From positions 1,141,330 to 1,205,329 of the forward strand of contig OY970227.1 of assembly GCA_963714055.1 (NCBI GenBank): 64,000 bases of DNA. The letters are read 5' to 3'. Origin of the DNA: an uncultured Acidimicrobiia bacterium (lineage in GTDB: Bacteria > Actinomycetota > Acidimicrobiia > Spongiisociales > UBA5794). Shown here in pieces: positions 1-9,215 of this stretch. Every line of letters starts with the position of its first letter. The first letter of the stretch is position 1. Below the pieces are notes generated by a model, which did no database searches, had not been told where the DNA came from, and worked only from the letters and a program-made list of their open reading frames with translations. A program made the position numbers and the translations under genes.

Positions 1-2
1 CG

Positions 3-287
3 ATGTCGGCGTGGTGGCGGTCGAGGCGCCGACTTCGCTGGGAGCAGCTGAATGCGTTGCAGAGACGGGTCGGCCGGTTGTTGACGGATGGCGGGGTGCC
101 GTATGGCGGTTCCGGCACCCTCGTGACCAACTGGGCCGTCGGGCTCGACGTCAACGCCGCCGACGGGCGCCTCGAGTCGGTATTGGCGCCGGTGGCCGGG
201 GAGCGCATCTGCCTGAACGACACCGGGGTCCCTGCCCCGGAAGGTCCGCAGCGCCAAGGCCGGCGACGGGTGGCGCCTGCTCGGTGA
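3..287 (+). CDS. Partial hypothetical protein: 3' end of a gene that starts upstream of the window
   Basis: ORF in frame 0 running from the window edge to TGA at 285-287. Has coding-like composition but no recognisable motif. Confidence 0.2.
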   Translation: MSAWWRSRRRLRWEQLNALQRRVGRLLTDGGVPYGGSGTLVTNWAVGLDVNAADGRLESVLAPVAGERICLNDTGVPAPEGPQRQGRRRVAPAR

Positions 288-1048
288 GGGGTTGGTCGGC
301 GAGATCCTACCGCACCGGCATCGCCACCACCGATGAGCAGTACGCCGCCCTATGGCAACGGGCCGGGTTGACCACGCCACCACCGCAGGTCGATTTCACC
401 CGCGAGGTCGTGGTGTGGTTCGGCGCCGTCTACGGGTCGAGCTGCCCGATCCGGCTCGACGACGTCGCCGTCGTCACCAATCGCGAGCCCGCCCTGGTCC
501 ACGCCGTCGCCGTCATCCCCGGTTACACCGGGGCCTGCGCTGCCGACGACAACCCGCACGCCTACGTCGTCGCCGTCGATCGGGACCGGCTCCCGGCCGG
601 GCCGTTCGCCATCCAGCTCGGCCCCGACGACCCGCCCGAGGGCGCCCCTGAGGAGCGCACCTTGGTCGACGCCGACCTCTCCGTGCCCGGTGCGGTAGCA
701 GGCGCCGAGGACATCGGTCCCGATGACGAGCTCATCGAGGCGTCGCAGCAAGTGGACCCCGAGGAGAGCGGCGGCTTCATCGAACCCGGCTTCCCGCACG
801 CGTTCCGGATGGATACCCGCTGCGGGATCGGCGTGCTCGGTCAGCTCAACGGGGTCTGGTGGGCCACCGGCACTACGTCGGTTCCGGTTCCGGCCGAGTG
901 GGTTGATCTCGTCGACCCGGACTCGGAGATGATCGTGGTCGAGGTGCTCATGACACCGGGACCCGACCCCACAGTGTCGGCGACCGCAGGCGGCCATTCG
1001 GTCGCCTACGATCCGGTCCCCGCCGACGCCGTTCCTCACTGCGGCTGA
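284..1048 (+). CDS. Hypothetical protein (start uncertain; GTG at 284 overlaps the upstream stop)
   Basis: Second half of tool ORF 11..1048, read as VRGWSARSYRTGIATTDEQYAALWQRAGL. Codon bias is consistent. No motif recognised. Confidence 0.3.
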   Translation: MRGWSARSYRTGIATTDEQYAALWQRAGLTTPPPQVDFTREVVVWFGAVYGSSCPIRLDDVAVVTNREPALVHAVAVIPGYTGACAADDNPHAYVVAVDRDRLPAGPFAIQLGPDDPPEGAPEERTLVDADLSVPGAVAGAEDIGPDDELIEASQQVDPEESGGFIEPGFPHAFRMDTRCGIGVLGQLNGVWWATGTTSVPVPAEWVDLVDPDSEMIVVEVLMTPGPDPTVSATAGGHSVAYDPVPADAVPHCG

Positions 1049-1093
1049 GGCGGCGCCGGGCGCGGCTGGTCCGGCCGGGGGTAACTTGGGGGC

Positions 1094-2377
1094 ATGAGCA
1101 CTCGGCACATCGGACTCTCGCTCGGCGCCGATCTCTGCTGGCCCCAGTTCTACGAGGACATCCTGGCCGAGATGTCGCCGGTGGTGGAGATGGACGGCGA
1201 GACCGTCGACTTCGATGTGGAGCGCATCACCATCGAGCCATTCGATCTCGACCAGTCGGTGAAGTACGACGTGGTCCTCGACCGGCTCACCCCCTGGTAC
1301 CACACCAGCCGGGAGTGGATCAAGAAGGCGGTGGTGAAGGACGACCTCTACGTCCTCAACAACCCGTTCACGCTGCAAGCGATGCAGAAGCACACGTCGT
1401 ACGCCGCCCTGATGCGGCTCGGGGCGGAGATCCCGGAGACCTGGCTGCTCCCCCCCAAGGAGTACGGGAGGACCGATCCCCTCGAGGCCGACCTCGACGT
1501 CACCCTCGACCGGTACGCCCAGATGTTCGACCTGCGCGCCCTGGGCGAGCGCATCGGCTACCCGATGTTCATGAAGCCCTACGACGGCGGCGCCTGGGTC
1601 GGGGTCACCAAGATCGACGACGGGGACGCCCTCGTCGCCGCCTACGAGGCCTCCGGGTCGCGCATCATGCACCTGCAGAAGGCGGTGTTTCCCTTCGACC
1701 TGTTCGTCCGCTGCCTCGGGGTCGGCCCCCAGGTCAACATCATCAAGTACGACCCTGATGCCCCGCTCCACGACCGCTACAAGGTGGAGTTCAACGTCGT
1801 CGACGGGGCCGAGTGGGAGCACCTGGTCAACCTCACCCTGACCATCAACACCTTCTTCGGGTGGGACTTCAACTCGTGCGAGGCGCTCCGCCAGGACGGG
1901 TCCTTCTACCCGATCGACTTCGCCAACGCCAACCCCGACAGCCAGGTGACGTCGCTGCACTACCACCTGCCCTGGCTGGTGAAGGCGCTCATCCGGTGGT
2001 CGCTGTTCTGCGCCGCCACCAAGCGGAAAATGCGCCACGACTTGGGCTGGGCCGACTACTTCGCCGTCGCCGAGGCCATCGACGACCCCGTAGAACGGCT
2101 GGAGGCGCTCGGCAAGCTCGCCAGGGAGAGATTCGACGCCGACCGGTTCGACCGGTTCTGCGCCGACAACCTCGCCGGTCTCGACCAAGCCGCCCTCGAC
2201 TACTTCGGCACCGAACGGGCACGGGAGATCATCCGCCGCAAGGTGGCCACGCTGTTCCCCGCCCATGAGGTCGACGAGTTCACCGACCACTTCTACGGCC
2301 TGATCCAGTTCTGGCGGCGCACCGAGGAGGACCGCCTCGCCGCCTCCGCAGGCCCGGGCAGGAGTGACGGCGCGTGA
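1094..2377 (+). CDS. ATP-grasp family ligase-like protein
   Basis: 427-aa ORF with ATG at 1094 preceded by a GGGGG run. Core YPMFMKPYDGGAWVGV...KVEFNVVDG...FYPIDFANANP fits the ATP-grasp nucleotide-binding and Mg-binding loop pattern. Its TGA overlaps the GTG of the next gene. Confidence 0.55.
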   Translation: MSTRHIGLSLGADLCWPQFYEDILAEMSPVVEMDGETVDFDVERITIEPFDLDQSVKYDVVLDRLTPWYHTSREWIKKAVVKDDLYVLNNPFTLQAMQKHTSYAALMRLGAEIPETWLLPPKEYGRTDPLEADLDVTLDRYAQMFDLRALGERIGYPMFMKPYDGGAWVGVTKIDDGDALVAAYEASGSRIMHLQKAVFPFDLFVRCLGVGPQVNIIKYDPDAPLHDRYKVEFNVVDGAEWEHLVNLTLTINTFFGWDFNSCEALRQDGSFYPIDFANANPDSQVTSLHYHLPWLVKALIRWSLFCAATKRKMRHDLGWADYFAVAEAIDDPVERLEALGKLARERFDADRFDRFCADNLAGLDQAALDYFGTERAREIIRRKVATLFPAHEVDEFTDHFYGLIQFWRRTEEDRLAASAGPGRSDGA

Positions 2378-3096
2378 AGTCGGTCGAGTACTGGTACTCG
2401 GACCGGGTCGAGCAGCACGTCAGCCTCGCCCGGTGGGGCACCTACGGCACCCCGGTGCTGCTGTTCCCCACCGCCGGCGGCGACGCCGAAGAGGCGGAGC
2501 GGTTCCACGCCGTCTCATCCGTCGCCGGGCTGCTGGAGGCGGGCCGGATCAAGGTCTACTCGGTGGACTCGATGTCGGGACGATCGTGGATGATGCGCGA
2601 CGATCCCCGCCACGCCATGTGGCTGCAGAACCAGTTCGACCGGTTCGTCGCCGAGGAAGTGGTCCCGGCCATCCGCCTCGACTGCGCCGACCCCGGGATC
2701 GAGGTGATCTCGGCGGGAGCGTCGGTGGGCGCCTTCTGGGCGATCGAGGTGCTCACCCGCCACCCCGACCTCTTCCGGGCCGCCCTGTGCATGAGTGGCA
2801 CCTACGACCTCTCCGACCGGCTCCACGGCCACTGGAACGACGACTTCTACTTCTCGTCTCCGCTCCATTTCCTCCCCGACATGGGCGGGTGGCAGCTCGA
2901 CACGCTCCGTCATCGGTTCGCCCTGTTCGCCACCGGCAGCGGTGACTGGGAATACCCTGAGCGCACCTGGCAGATGGCCAACGTCCTCGGAGCCAAGGGA
3001 ATCCCCAACCGGGTCGACCAGTGGGACGAGACCTGGCCGCACGACTGGCCCACCTGGCGGGTGATGCTGCCCAAGTACCTCGACGAGCTCGCCTGA
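2374..3096 (+). CDS. Esterase-family alpha/beta hydrolase (putative esterase, esterase D/Ag85-like fold)
   Basis: 240-aa ORF with GTG start overlapping the ATP-grasp stop (GTGA). GASVGAF nucleophile-elbow-like motif and ALCMSGTYD, typical of the PF00756-type putative esterase family. Confidence 0.55.
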   Translation: MKSVEYWYSDRVEQHVSLARWGTYGTPVLLFPTAGGDAEEAERFHAVSSVAGLLEAGRIKVYSVDSMSGRSWMMRDDPRHAMWLQNQFDRFVAEEVVPAIRLDCADPGIEVISAGASVGAFWAIEVLTRHPDLFRAALCMSGTYDLSDRLHGHWNDDFYFSSPLHFLPDMGGWQLDTLRHRFALFATGSGDWEYPERTWQMANVLGAKGIPNRVDQWDETWPHDWPTWRVMLPKYLDELA

Positions 3097-3166
3097 GGCC
3101 AGCTCCGAACCGTTCCTGCGTCGGCGGTGTATGAGGGGTGACCATGCAGCCGAAGGAGGACCTGTG

Positions 3167-3796
3167 ATGAGGCGGATGATCGTTCTGGCCGGGGTGCTCG
3201 CCCTGGCGATGTTGGTGGTGGGCCCGGCCTGGGCCAAGGGTCCGACCGGGGCGACGGTCATCGGCCCCGGCATCGCCGAGCCCATCGAGCTCGAAGGCGA
3301 CGGGGAACCGGGCTCGGGAACCGACTTCGCCGCCTTCGTCGAGGCCGCCGGCTTCTGGCAGGTGGTGATGGACGTCGAGGGATCCGCGATGTCGGCCCGC
3401 GGTGAGGTCATCGCCTCGCCTCCGAGCGACCTGGGCACCCGGTACACCGTGACGTGGCACATGGGCGACGAGGCGGTAGCCACCGACCTGTACCCGAACG
3501 CTGCCGGGGGTCCCGTGGTGCACATGGCGGCGCAACGACTCGAGTTCATGGAGCATGACTCCCCCGAGCGCTGGGTGGCCGCCGACCCCGCCGTGCTGGA
3601 GATGCTCGACGCGTACGGCGTCCCCTTCCGCCCGGTGACCGCCCCGGAGGCGCCGGTCGACGCCGCCGAGCCCGTGGCTGACCCCACTCGGGCCGAACCG
3701 GCTCCTGCCGTCCCGTGGGCGATCTGGCTCGCCGTCGGGCTGGCGGCGGTGACCGCAGCGCTGGCGCTCGGACGGCGTAGGGCCGGTGCCGCCTGA
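3167..3796 (+). CDS. Secreted or membrane-anchored hypothetical protein (signal peptide plus C-terminal hydrophobic anchor)
   Basis: N-terminus MRRMIVLAGVLALAMLVVGPAWA is signal-peptide-like. C-terminus AIWLAVGLAAVTAALALGRRRAGAA is a TM segment plus basic tail. Its 3' end overlaps the start of the ECF sigma gene. Confidence 0.45.
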   Translation: MRRMIVLAGVLALAMLVVGPAWAKGPTGATVIGPGIAEPIELEGDGEPGSGTDFAAFVEAAGFWQVVMDVEGSAMSARGEVIASPPSDLGTRYTVTWHMGDEAVATDLYPNAAGGPVVHMAAQRLEFMEHDSPERWVAADPAVLEMLDAYGVPFRPVTAPEAPVDAAEPVADPTRAEPAPAVPWAIWLAVGLAAVTAALALGRRRAGAA

Positions 3797-4364
3797 ACCC
3801 GGCACCTCCGACGAACCGACCCCTGACGAGGTCGAATTGGCCACCCGCGCCCGTGCCGGCGACCGCACCGCCTACTCCCAGCTGGTGGCGGCCCACCAGC
3901 AGATCGCCTTCCGTGTCGCCTACCTGGTCACCGGATCGGCCCCGGAGGCGGAGGACGCCGCCCAGGAGGGCTTCGTGAAGGCCTACCGGTCGCTGCACCG
4001 CTTCGACCCGGAGCGACCTTTCCGGCCGTGGCTGCTCACGATCGTCGCCAACGAGGCCCGCAACCGGCGCCGCTCGGCGGGCCGCCGCCTGGCGTACGAG
4101 GCTCGGGCCGTCCGGCTGGCACCGTCGACCCCGGACCGCACCCCCGAGCACGAAGCCGAGGCGGCGGAGACGAGGCGAGCCCTGCTCGAGGCGGTGAACC
4201 GGCTCCCCGAGACCGAGCGCCTGGTGGTGGGGTTGCGCTACTTCCTCGAGCTGTCGGAGGCGGAGACGGCGGCCGCGGCCGGCGTGCCCCCCGGCACCGT
4301 GAAGTCACGCATGTGGCGGGCGATGGAGCGACTCCGCAGCGACCTCGAAGGGCGACGTCCATGA
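3786..4364 (+). CDS. ECF (sigma-70 family) RNA polymerase sigma factor, SigL-like by position
   Basis: 192 aa with region 2 (YRSLHRFDPERPFRPWLLTIVANEARNRRR) and region 4 (LPETERLVVGLRYFLELSEAETAAAAGVPPGTVKSRMWRA). Sits downstream of map, as sigL does in Mycobacterium. Confidence 0.8.
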   Translation: MPPEPGTSDEPTPDEVELATRARAGDRTAYSQLVAAHQQIAFRVAYLVTGSAPEAEDAAQEGFVKAYRSLHRFDPERPFRPWLLTIVANEARNRRRSAGRRLAYEARAVRLAPSTPDRTPEHEAEAAETRRALLEAVNRLPETERLVVGLRYFLELSEAETAAAAGVPPGTVKSRMWRAMERLRSDLEGRRP

Positions 4365-5105
4365 CGTCACCGTCCGCCATCGCCGCCCTGCTCACGGACC
4401 TGGCGCCCGACGTCGCCTTCCCGGCAACCCCTCCGCTGGTCGAGGCAGTCGCCGACCGGATCGCCGGCGTCGAGCCTGTCCGGCGACACCGGCGGCTCAT
4501 GTGGCGGGTGGCGGCGGTGGCCGCCGTCGTCGCCGTGGTGCTCACCGCCGGCGTGCCCGCGGCGCGTCGAGCGGTGGCGGACCTGCTCGGGCTGGGCCCG
4601 GTCGGCGTCTCACAGGTGGCCCACCTGACCCCGGCGCGCCACGGTGGGCGACCTCGGCCAGCTCACCACCGTCGCCGCCGCGGCGGCGGCGGTCGACTTC
4701 GACCTGGTCGGGCTGGAAGGCGTCGAACCCGATGCCGTGTTCCTCGACACCTCGGTGGCGGGTGGCATGGTCACCCTCGCCTACGGATCGCCCACCGAGG
4801 GCTGGATGCTCCTCGTCACCCAGTTCGACGGGGCGATCGACGAGGAGTTGGCTATGAAGGAGGTCGGCCCGGGGACCACCATCGAGCCGGTCACTGTGGC
4901 CGGCGCCGATGGCGTGTGGATCTCCGGTGCCCCCCACACGCTGCTGCTGCGCGACGCCGCCGGCGATGTCCGGCCGGACGAGGCACGGCTGGCAGGCAAC
5001 ACCCTGCTGACCACGCGGCACGGGGTCCCGGTACGGATCGAGGCCGACGCCCCGCTCGCCGAGGCGGTGAGGATCGCCGAGCGGTTGGTCCCTATCCAGC
5101 CCTGA
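4361..5105 (+). CDS. Anti-sigma factor (single-pass membrane, RslA-like by position), reading frame interrupted near 4625-4645
   Basis: ATG at 4361 overlaps the sigma stop (ATGA). Frame 2 gives the N-terminus plus TM segment LMWRVAAVAAVVAVVLTAGVPAA up to about 4620. A coding-like C-terminal domain continues in frame 0 (4644..5105). One 1-nt indel would join the two. Confidence 0.4.
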
Positions 5106-5114
5106 GAACGCGGC

Positions 5115-5891
5115 TCAGCCGGGTACCAGCACCGGCTCGGGCAGCGTCGACACCACCGATCCCTGCTCGGTGAGGAGCACGGTGTGCTCGAAGTGCGCGG
5201 ACAGTGCGCCGTCGGCGGTCACCACGGTCCAACCGTCGTCGAGGGTCACCGTCTCCTCGGTGCCCATGGTGAACATCGGCTCGATGGCCAGGGCCATCCC
5301 GGTCTTGAGCCGCATGCCCTTGCCCGGTGACCCGAAATTGTGGACATCGGGCGACTCGTGCATCGCCCTCCCGATCCCGTGGCCGACGTACTCGCGTACC
5401 ACGCCGTAACCGTGGGGCCGAGCGGTCTCCTCAACGGCGTGGCCGATGTCACCGAGCCGGTTGCCGGAGACCGCCTTGGCGATGCCGTTCCACAGGGCCT
5501 GCTCGGTGACCTCGAGCAGGGTGGCCACCTCGGGAGGGACGGTGCCGATGGGCATGGTGAATGCGGCGTCGGCGTGCCAGCCCTCGTAGATGGCCCCGGC
5601 GTCGATCGACAGGATGTCGCCGTCCCGAAGCCGGTGGTCCCCCGGGATGCCGTGGACCACAGCGGAGTTCGGGGAGGCGCAGATGCTGGCCGGGTACCCG
5701 TGGTAACCGAGGAACGAAGGACGGCATCCGTGGTCGCGGATCACCGAGGCGGCGATGGCGTCGAGGTCGGCGGTGGAGACCCCGGGCACCGCGGCGCCCC
5801 GCACCGCGGAGTGGGCGGCCGCCACGCACCGACCGGCGACGACCATCTTCTCGAAGTCGGCCGCCGCCTTCCGGGTGATCACCTTGCTCAT
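5115..5891 (-). CDS. map: Methionine aminopeptidase type I
   Basis: 258-aa C-terminal part of tool ORF 5115..6470, starting MSKVITRK. Contains metal-ligand motifs (HGIPG, EPMFTMG, AHFEHTVLLTE). Confidence 0.85.
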   Translation of the reverse strand: MSKVITRKAAADFEKMVVAGRCVAAAHSAVRGAAVPGVSTADLDAIAASVIRDHGCRPSFLGYHGYPASICASPNSAVVHGIPGDHRLRDGDILSIDAGAIYEGWHADAAFTMPIGTVPPEVATLLEVTEQALWNGIAKAVSGNRLGDIGHAVEETARPHGYGVVREYVGHGIGRAMHESPDVHNFGSPGKGMRLKTGMALAIEPMFTMGTEETVTLDDGWTVVTADGALSAHFEHTVLLTEQGSVVSTLPEPVLVPG

Positions 5892-5931
5892 CGTCGAGCC
5901 ATCCCGTCGTGCGGAGCCGTAACGGTGCCGG

Positions 5932-6507
5932 TCAGCGGTCGGCGGCGAGTGCAGTGACGATACGGGCGAACACGTCGTCGACGGTGCCGACGCCGTTGAT
6001 GGCGGCCACCGGCACCCCGGCCGCCGGGTAGTACCCGACCAGCGGCGCCGTCTCCTCGTGGTAGACCCGGAGCCGGCGTCGGATCGTCTCCTCGTTGTCG
6101 TCACTCCGCCCCAGCTCGGCGGCGCGACCCAGCAGCCGGGCGACCAGCTCGTCCTCGCCGACCTCGAGCAGCACCACCAGCTCGATCGCACCGGCGCCGA
6201 CCCCGGCGGTGAGCGCCTCCGCCTGTGCCGCGTTCCGGGGGAAGCCGTCGAGCAGGTAGCCGCAGGCGGCATCGGGCCCGGCCAGCCGCTCCCCCACCAT
6301 CGCCACCACCAGCTCGTCGGGGACCAGGTCGCCGGCTGCCATGATCGCCTCGGCGCGGCGTCCCAGCTCGGTGCCCTCGGAGACGGCCCGGCGCAGCATC
6401 TCGCCGGTGGAAAGGTGGGGGATGCCGACCGCACGGGCCAGCATCGCCGCCTGGGTTCCCTTGCCCGCACCGGGCGGGCCGAGGAAGAGCAGCCGCCTGC
6501 CCATCAT
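5932..6507 (-). CDS. adk: Adenylate kinase
   Basis: 191 aa. P-loop GPPGAGKGTQ, then LSTGEMLR, LLDGFPR, and no zinc lid. Confidence 0.85.
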   Translation of the reverse strand: MMGRRLLFLGPPGAGKGTQAAMLARAVGIPHLSTGEMLRRAVSEGTELGRRAEAIMAAGDLVPDELVVAMVGERLAGPDAACGYLLDGFPRNAAQAEALTAGVGAGAIELVVLLEVGEDELVARLLGRAAELGRSDDNEETIRRRLRVYHEETAPLVGYYPAAGVPVAAINGVGTVDDVFARIVTALAADR

Positions 6508-6538
6508 CGGCCCATCGTGGGACGGCTCGTCGGCGTCA

Positions 6539-7846
6539 TCAGCGCAGGAAGCCCTCGTAGTTGCGCATCATCAGCTGGCTCTCGATCTGCTTCATGGTCT
6601 CCAGCGCCACCCCGGCGACGATCAGGACCGAGACCCCGGAGAGGCCCACCGGGATGTCCCACAGCCAGCCGAGGAACGAGGGGGCGATGGCCACCACGGC
6701 CAGGTACAGCGACCCGGGGAGGGTGATCCGGCTCAGCACGTGCTGGAGGTAGCTCACCGTCTGCCGTCCCGGGCGAATACCGGGAATGAACCCGCCCTGG
6801 CGCTGGATGGTGTCCGCCTGGCGCTCCGGGTCGAACTGGATGGCGGTGTAGAAGTAGGTGAAGAACACCACCATCACGCCCAGCAGGAACATGTAGGGCA
6901 GGGTCGGCGACAACCCGCCTGCGCTCGCCGAGGTGAGGTTGGAGTCGATCCAGTCCCGCACCGACTGCCCCCAACCGGTGGCGGGGAGCATGGAGGCGAT
7001 CAGGACCGGGAAGTACATGATCGAGGTGGCGAAGATCACCGGGATGACCCCGGCCATGTTGACCTTGAGCGGGATGTAGGTGCTCTGCCCACCCATCATC
7101 CGGCGGCCCCTGATCCGGCGGGAGAACTGGATGGGGATCCGCCGCTGGCCCTGGTCGATGAAGATGATCCCGATGGTGAGCGCCAGCATCAGCAGCAGCA
7201 CGGCGATGAACTGGCCCACGTTCGAGTTGACCCGCAGGATCTCGAGCTGCGACGGGAGCTGGCTGACGATGCTCACGAAGATGATCAACGACATCCCGTT
7301 GCCGACGCCCCGCTGGGTGATGAGCTCGCCGAGCCACATGATGAGGGCGGTGCCGGCGGTCATCGTGATGATGATGGTGAGCACGTTGCGGACCGTGAAG
7401 TCCGGGACCAGGTCGATGCCCCCGGTGAACTGCCCGGAATGGAACAGGAAGGTGAACGAGGTCGACTGGATGAGGGCCAGCACGACGGTCACGTAGCGCG
7501 TCCACTGGGTGATCACCTTGCGCCCGGCGTCGCCCTCCTCCTGGAGCGCCTGGAGGCGGGGGATGACCACCCCGAGCAGCTGCATGATGATCGACGCCGT
7601 GATGTAGGGCATGATCCCCAGGGCGAACACCGACAAGGTCTCCAACGCCCCGCCGGAGAAGAGGTTGATCAGCCCGACGAACCCGCTGGTCGCCGACTGC
7701 TCGGCGAACTGCTGGACGGCGTCGAGATCGACGCCCGGGGTCGGGATGGCGGTGCCCAGCCGGTAGACGGCGAAGATGAACAGGGTGAACAGGATCTTGT
7801 TCCGGAGGTCCGGGATCCTGAACATGTTGCGGAAGACGGACAGCAT
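6539..7846 (-). CDS. secY: Preprotein translocase subunit SecY
   Basis: 435 aa with 10 TM segments. Matches SecY throughout (…GIMPYITASIIMQLL…). Confidence 0.92.
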   Translation of the reverse strand: MLSVFRNMFRIPDLRNKILFTLFIFAVYRLGTAIPTPGVDLDAVQQFAEQSATSGFVGLINLFSGGALETLSVFALGIMPYITASIIMQLLGVVIPRLQALQEEGDAGRKVITQWTRYVTVVLALIQSTSFTFLFHSGQFTGGIDLVPDFTVRNVLTIIITMTAGTALIMWLGELITQRGVGNGMSLIIFVSIVSQLPSQLEILRVNSNVGQFIAVLLLMLALTIGIIFIDQGQRRIPIQFSRRIRGRRMMGGQSTYIPLKVNMAGVIPVIFATSIMYFPVLIASMLPATGWGQSVRDWIDSNLTSASAGGLSPTLPYMFLLGVMVVFFTYFYTAIQFDPERQADTIQRQGGFIPGIRPGRQTVSYLQHVLSRITLPGSLYLAVVAIAPSFLGWLWDIPVGLSGVSVLIVAGVALETMKQIESQLMMRNYEGFLR

Positions 7847-7929
7847 GACTGCGGGAGAGCCTCTTCTGGGAGTGTGACGAGGTTAGTGGTCGGGCGTGGG
7901 GCGACCGGATGGCCGGTCGGCGGTGCCGG

Positions 7930-8391
7930 CTACTCGGCCGGCGCCGCGGCAGCGGCGTCGATGACCTCGGCGGTGCCTCCGGCCGCCTTGATCTTCTCGA
8001 CGGCGCCCAGGCTGAAGGCATGGGCGCGGACGGTGAGGGCACGGTCTATGTCACCCTCCCCGAGCACCTTGACCCGACCGCGGTGCTTGACCAACCCGGC
8101 GGCGCGCAGCACCTCGGGGGTGACCTCGGTGCCGGCGTCGAACTGGGCCAGCCGCCCGACGTTGATCAGGGCGAAGTACTCCTTGTTCCGGTTCTTGAAC
8201 CCCTTGAGCTTGGGAAGCCGCCGCTGCAAGGGCATCTGCCCGCCCTCGAACCCGGGCCGGACCTGGCCGCGCGCCTTCTGGCCCTTGGTGCCGCGGCCGG
8301 CGGTCTTGCCCCGACGCCCGCTCTCCCCGCGGCCGACCCGGATCTTCTTCGTCCTCGAGCCGTCGGCCGGCTTCAGGTGGTGCAGCTTCAT
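7930..8391 (-). CDS. rplO: 50S ribosomal protein L15
   Basis: 153 aa starting [38 protein letters not shown]. Confidence 0.9.
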   Translation of the reverse strand: MKLHHLKPADGSRTKKIRVGRGESGRRGKTAGRGTKGQKARGQVRPGFEGGQMPLQRRLPKLKGFKNRNKEYFALINVGRLAQFDAGTEVTPEVLRAAGLVKHRGRVKVLGEGDIDRALTVRAHAFSLGAVEKIKAAGGTAEVIDAAAAAPAE

Positions 8392-8600
8392 CTCTTCTCA
8401 CCGTCCCTCGGTGCCGTCCCCGACTCCTCCACCTCGAGCAGATGCCTGGCGCGGAACACCATCCCGCGGACATCCGGCGAGTCGGGGCGCTCCACCGTCT
8501 GGTTGAGCTTGCGGAGCCCCAGGCTCTCCACAGTGGCCCGGGTCTTCGGCTTCTCGCCGATCGTGCTCTTGCGCAACGTGATCTTCAGCGTGCCGGCCAC
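8388..8600 (-). CDS. rpmD: 50S ribosomal protein L30
   Basis: 70 aa starting [29 protein letters not shown]. Its stop overlaps the rplO start. Confidence 0.85.
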   Translation of the reverse strand: MAGTLKITLRKSTIGEKPKTRATVESLGLRKLNQTVERPDSPDVRGMVFRARHLLEVEESGTAPRDGEKR

Positions 8601-8602
8601 GG

Positions 8603-9196
8603 CTATTCACCCACCTTGCCACCCGCCCGCGCCCCGGCCTGGGTCTTCATCAGCTCGGCCGAGCGGTAGGCGGCGAGCAGCGCCGGCGGGAAGATCTCCT
8701 CGGCGCGCTTGCCCCGGGCACGGGCCACGTCCTCCGGGCGGCGCTGCCGGGCGATGGCGTCCATGGTGGCCCGGGCGACGTTGATGTGGGTCGGCGAGCC
8801 AAGCGACTTCGCCAGCACGTCACGGATGCCGGCAGCTTCGAGGATCTGGCGTACCGCACCGCCGGCGATGACCCCGGTACCGGCCGATGCCGGCTTGAGC
8901 ATGACCCGCGAGGCGCCGTGCACCCCGATGACCTCGTGGATGATGGTGGTCCCCGCCATGGGCACGTCGACCATGGCGCGCTTGGCGATCTCGATCGCCT
9001 TCTGGATGGCGGTCGGCACCTCCTTGGCCTTGCCGTAGCCGACACCCACCTTGCCGGCGCCGTTGCCAACGGTGACCAGCGCGGTGAACGAGAACCGCCG
9101 CCCGCCCTTGACCACCTTGGCCACGCGGTTGATGGCGATCACCCGCTCCTCGAACTCGCTGTCGCGGGTTCGGCTGTCCGATCTCCTGCTGGTCAC
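8603..9196 (-). CDS. rpsE: 30S ribosomal protein S5
   Basis: 197 aa with [29 protein letters not shown]. Carries a roughly 30-aa basic N-terminal extension. Confidence 0.9.
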   Translation of the reverse strand: MTSRRSDSRTRDSEFEERVIAINRVAKVVKGGRRFSFTALVTVGNGAGKVGVGYGKAKEVPTAIQKAIEIAKRAMVDVPMAGTTIIHEVIGVHGASRVMLKPASAGTGVIAGGAVRQILEAAGIRDVLAKSLGSPTHINVARATMDAIARQRRPEDVARARGKRAEEIFPPALLAAYRSAELMKTQAGARAGGKVGE

Positions 9197-9215
9197 TTCG
9201 TGCTCCTCACGTCTC

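Noticed and set aside
350-2290. 646-aa minus-strand ORF overlapping the ATP-grasp gene
   Set aside because: Antisense shadow of a high-GC coding region. Translation is G/V/D/E/L/R-rich with no motifs. The plus-strand gene has clear ATP-grasp signatures.
5880-5935. Apparent one-nucleotide discrepancies between the printed sequence and the ORF-track coordinates around the map start and adk stop
   Set aside because: Probably my own block-indexing error while reading the printed lines. The ORF track gives intact map and adk frames, so I did not report frameshifts there. Hand-derived coordinates are quoted with +/-1 nt tolerance.
6341-8506. 721-aa plus-strand ORF across adk/secY/rplO
   Set aside because: Shadow ORF on the strand opposite three well-supported genes. 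Low-complexity R/G/D/E-rich translation.
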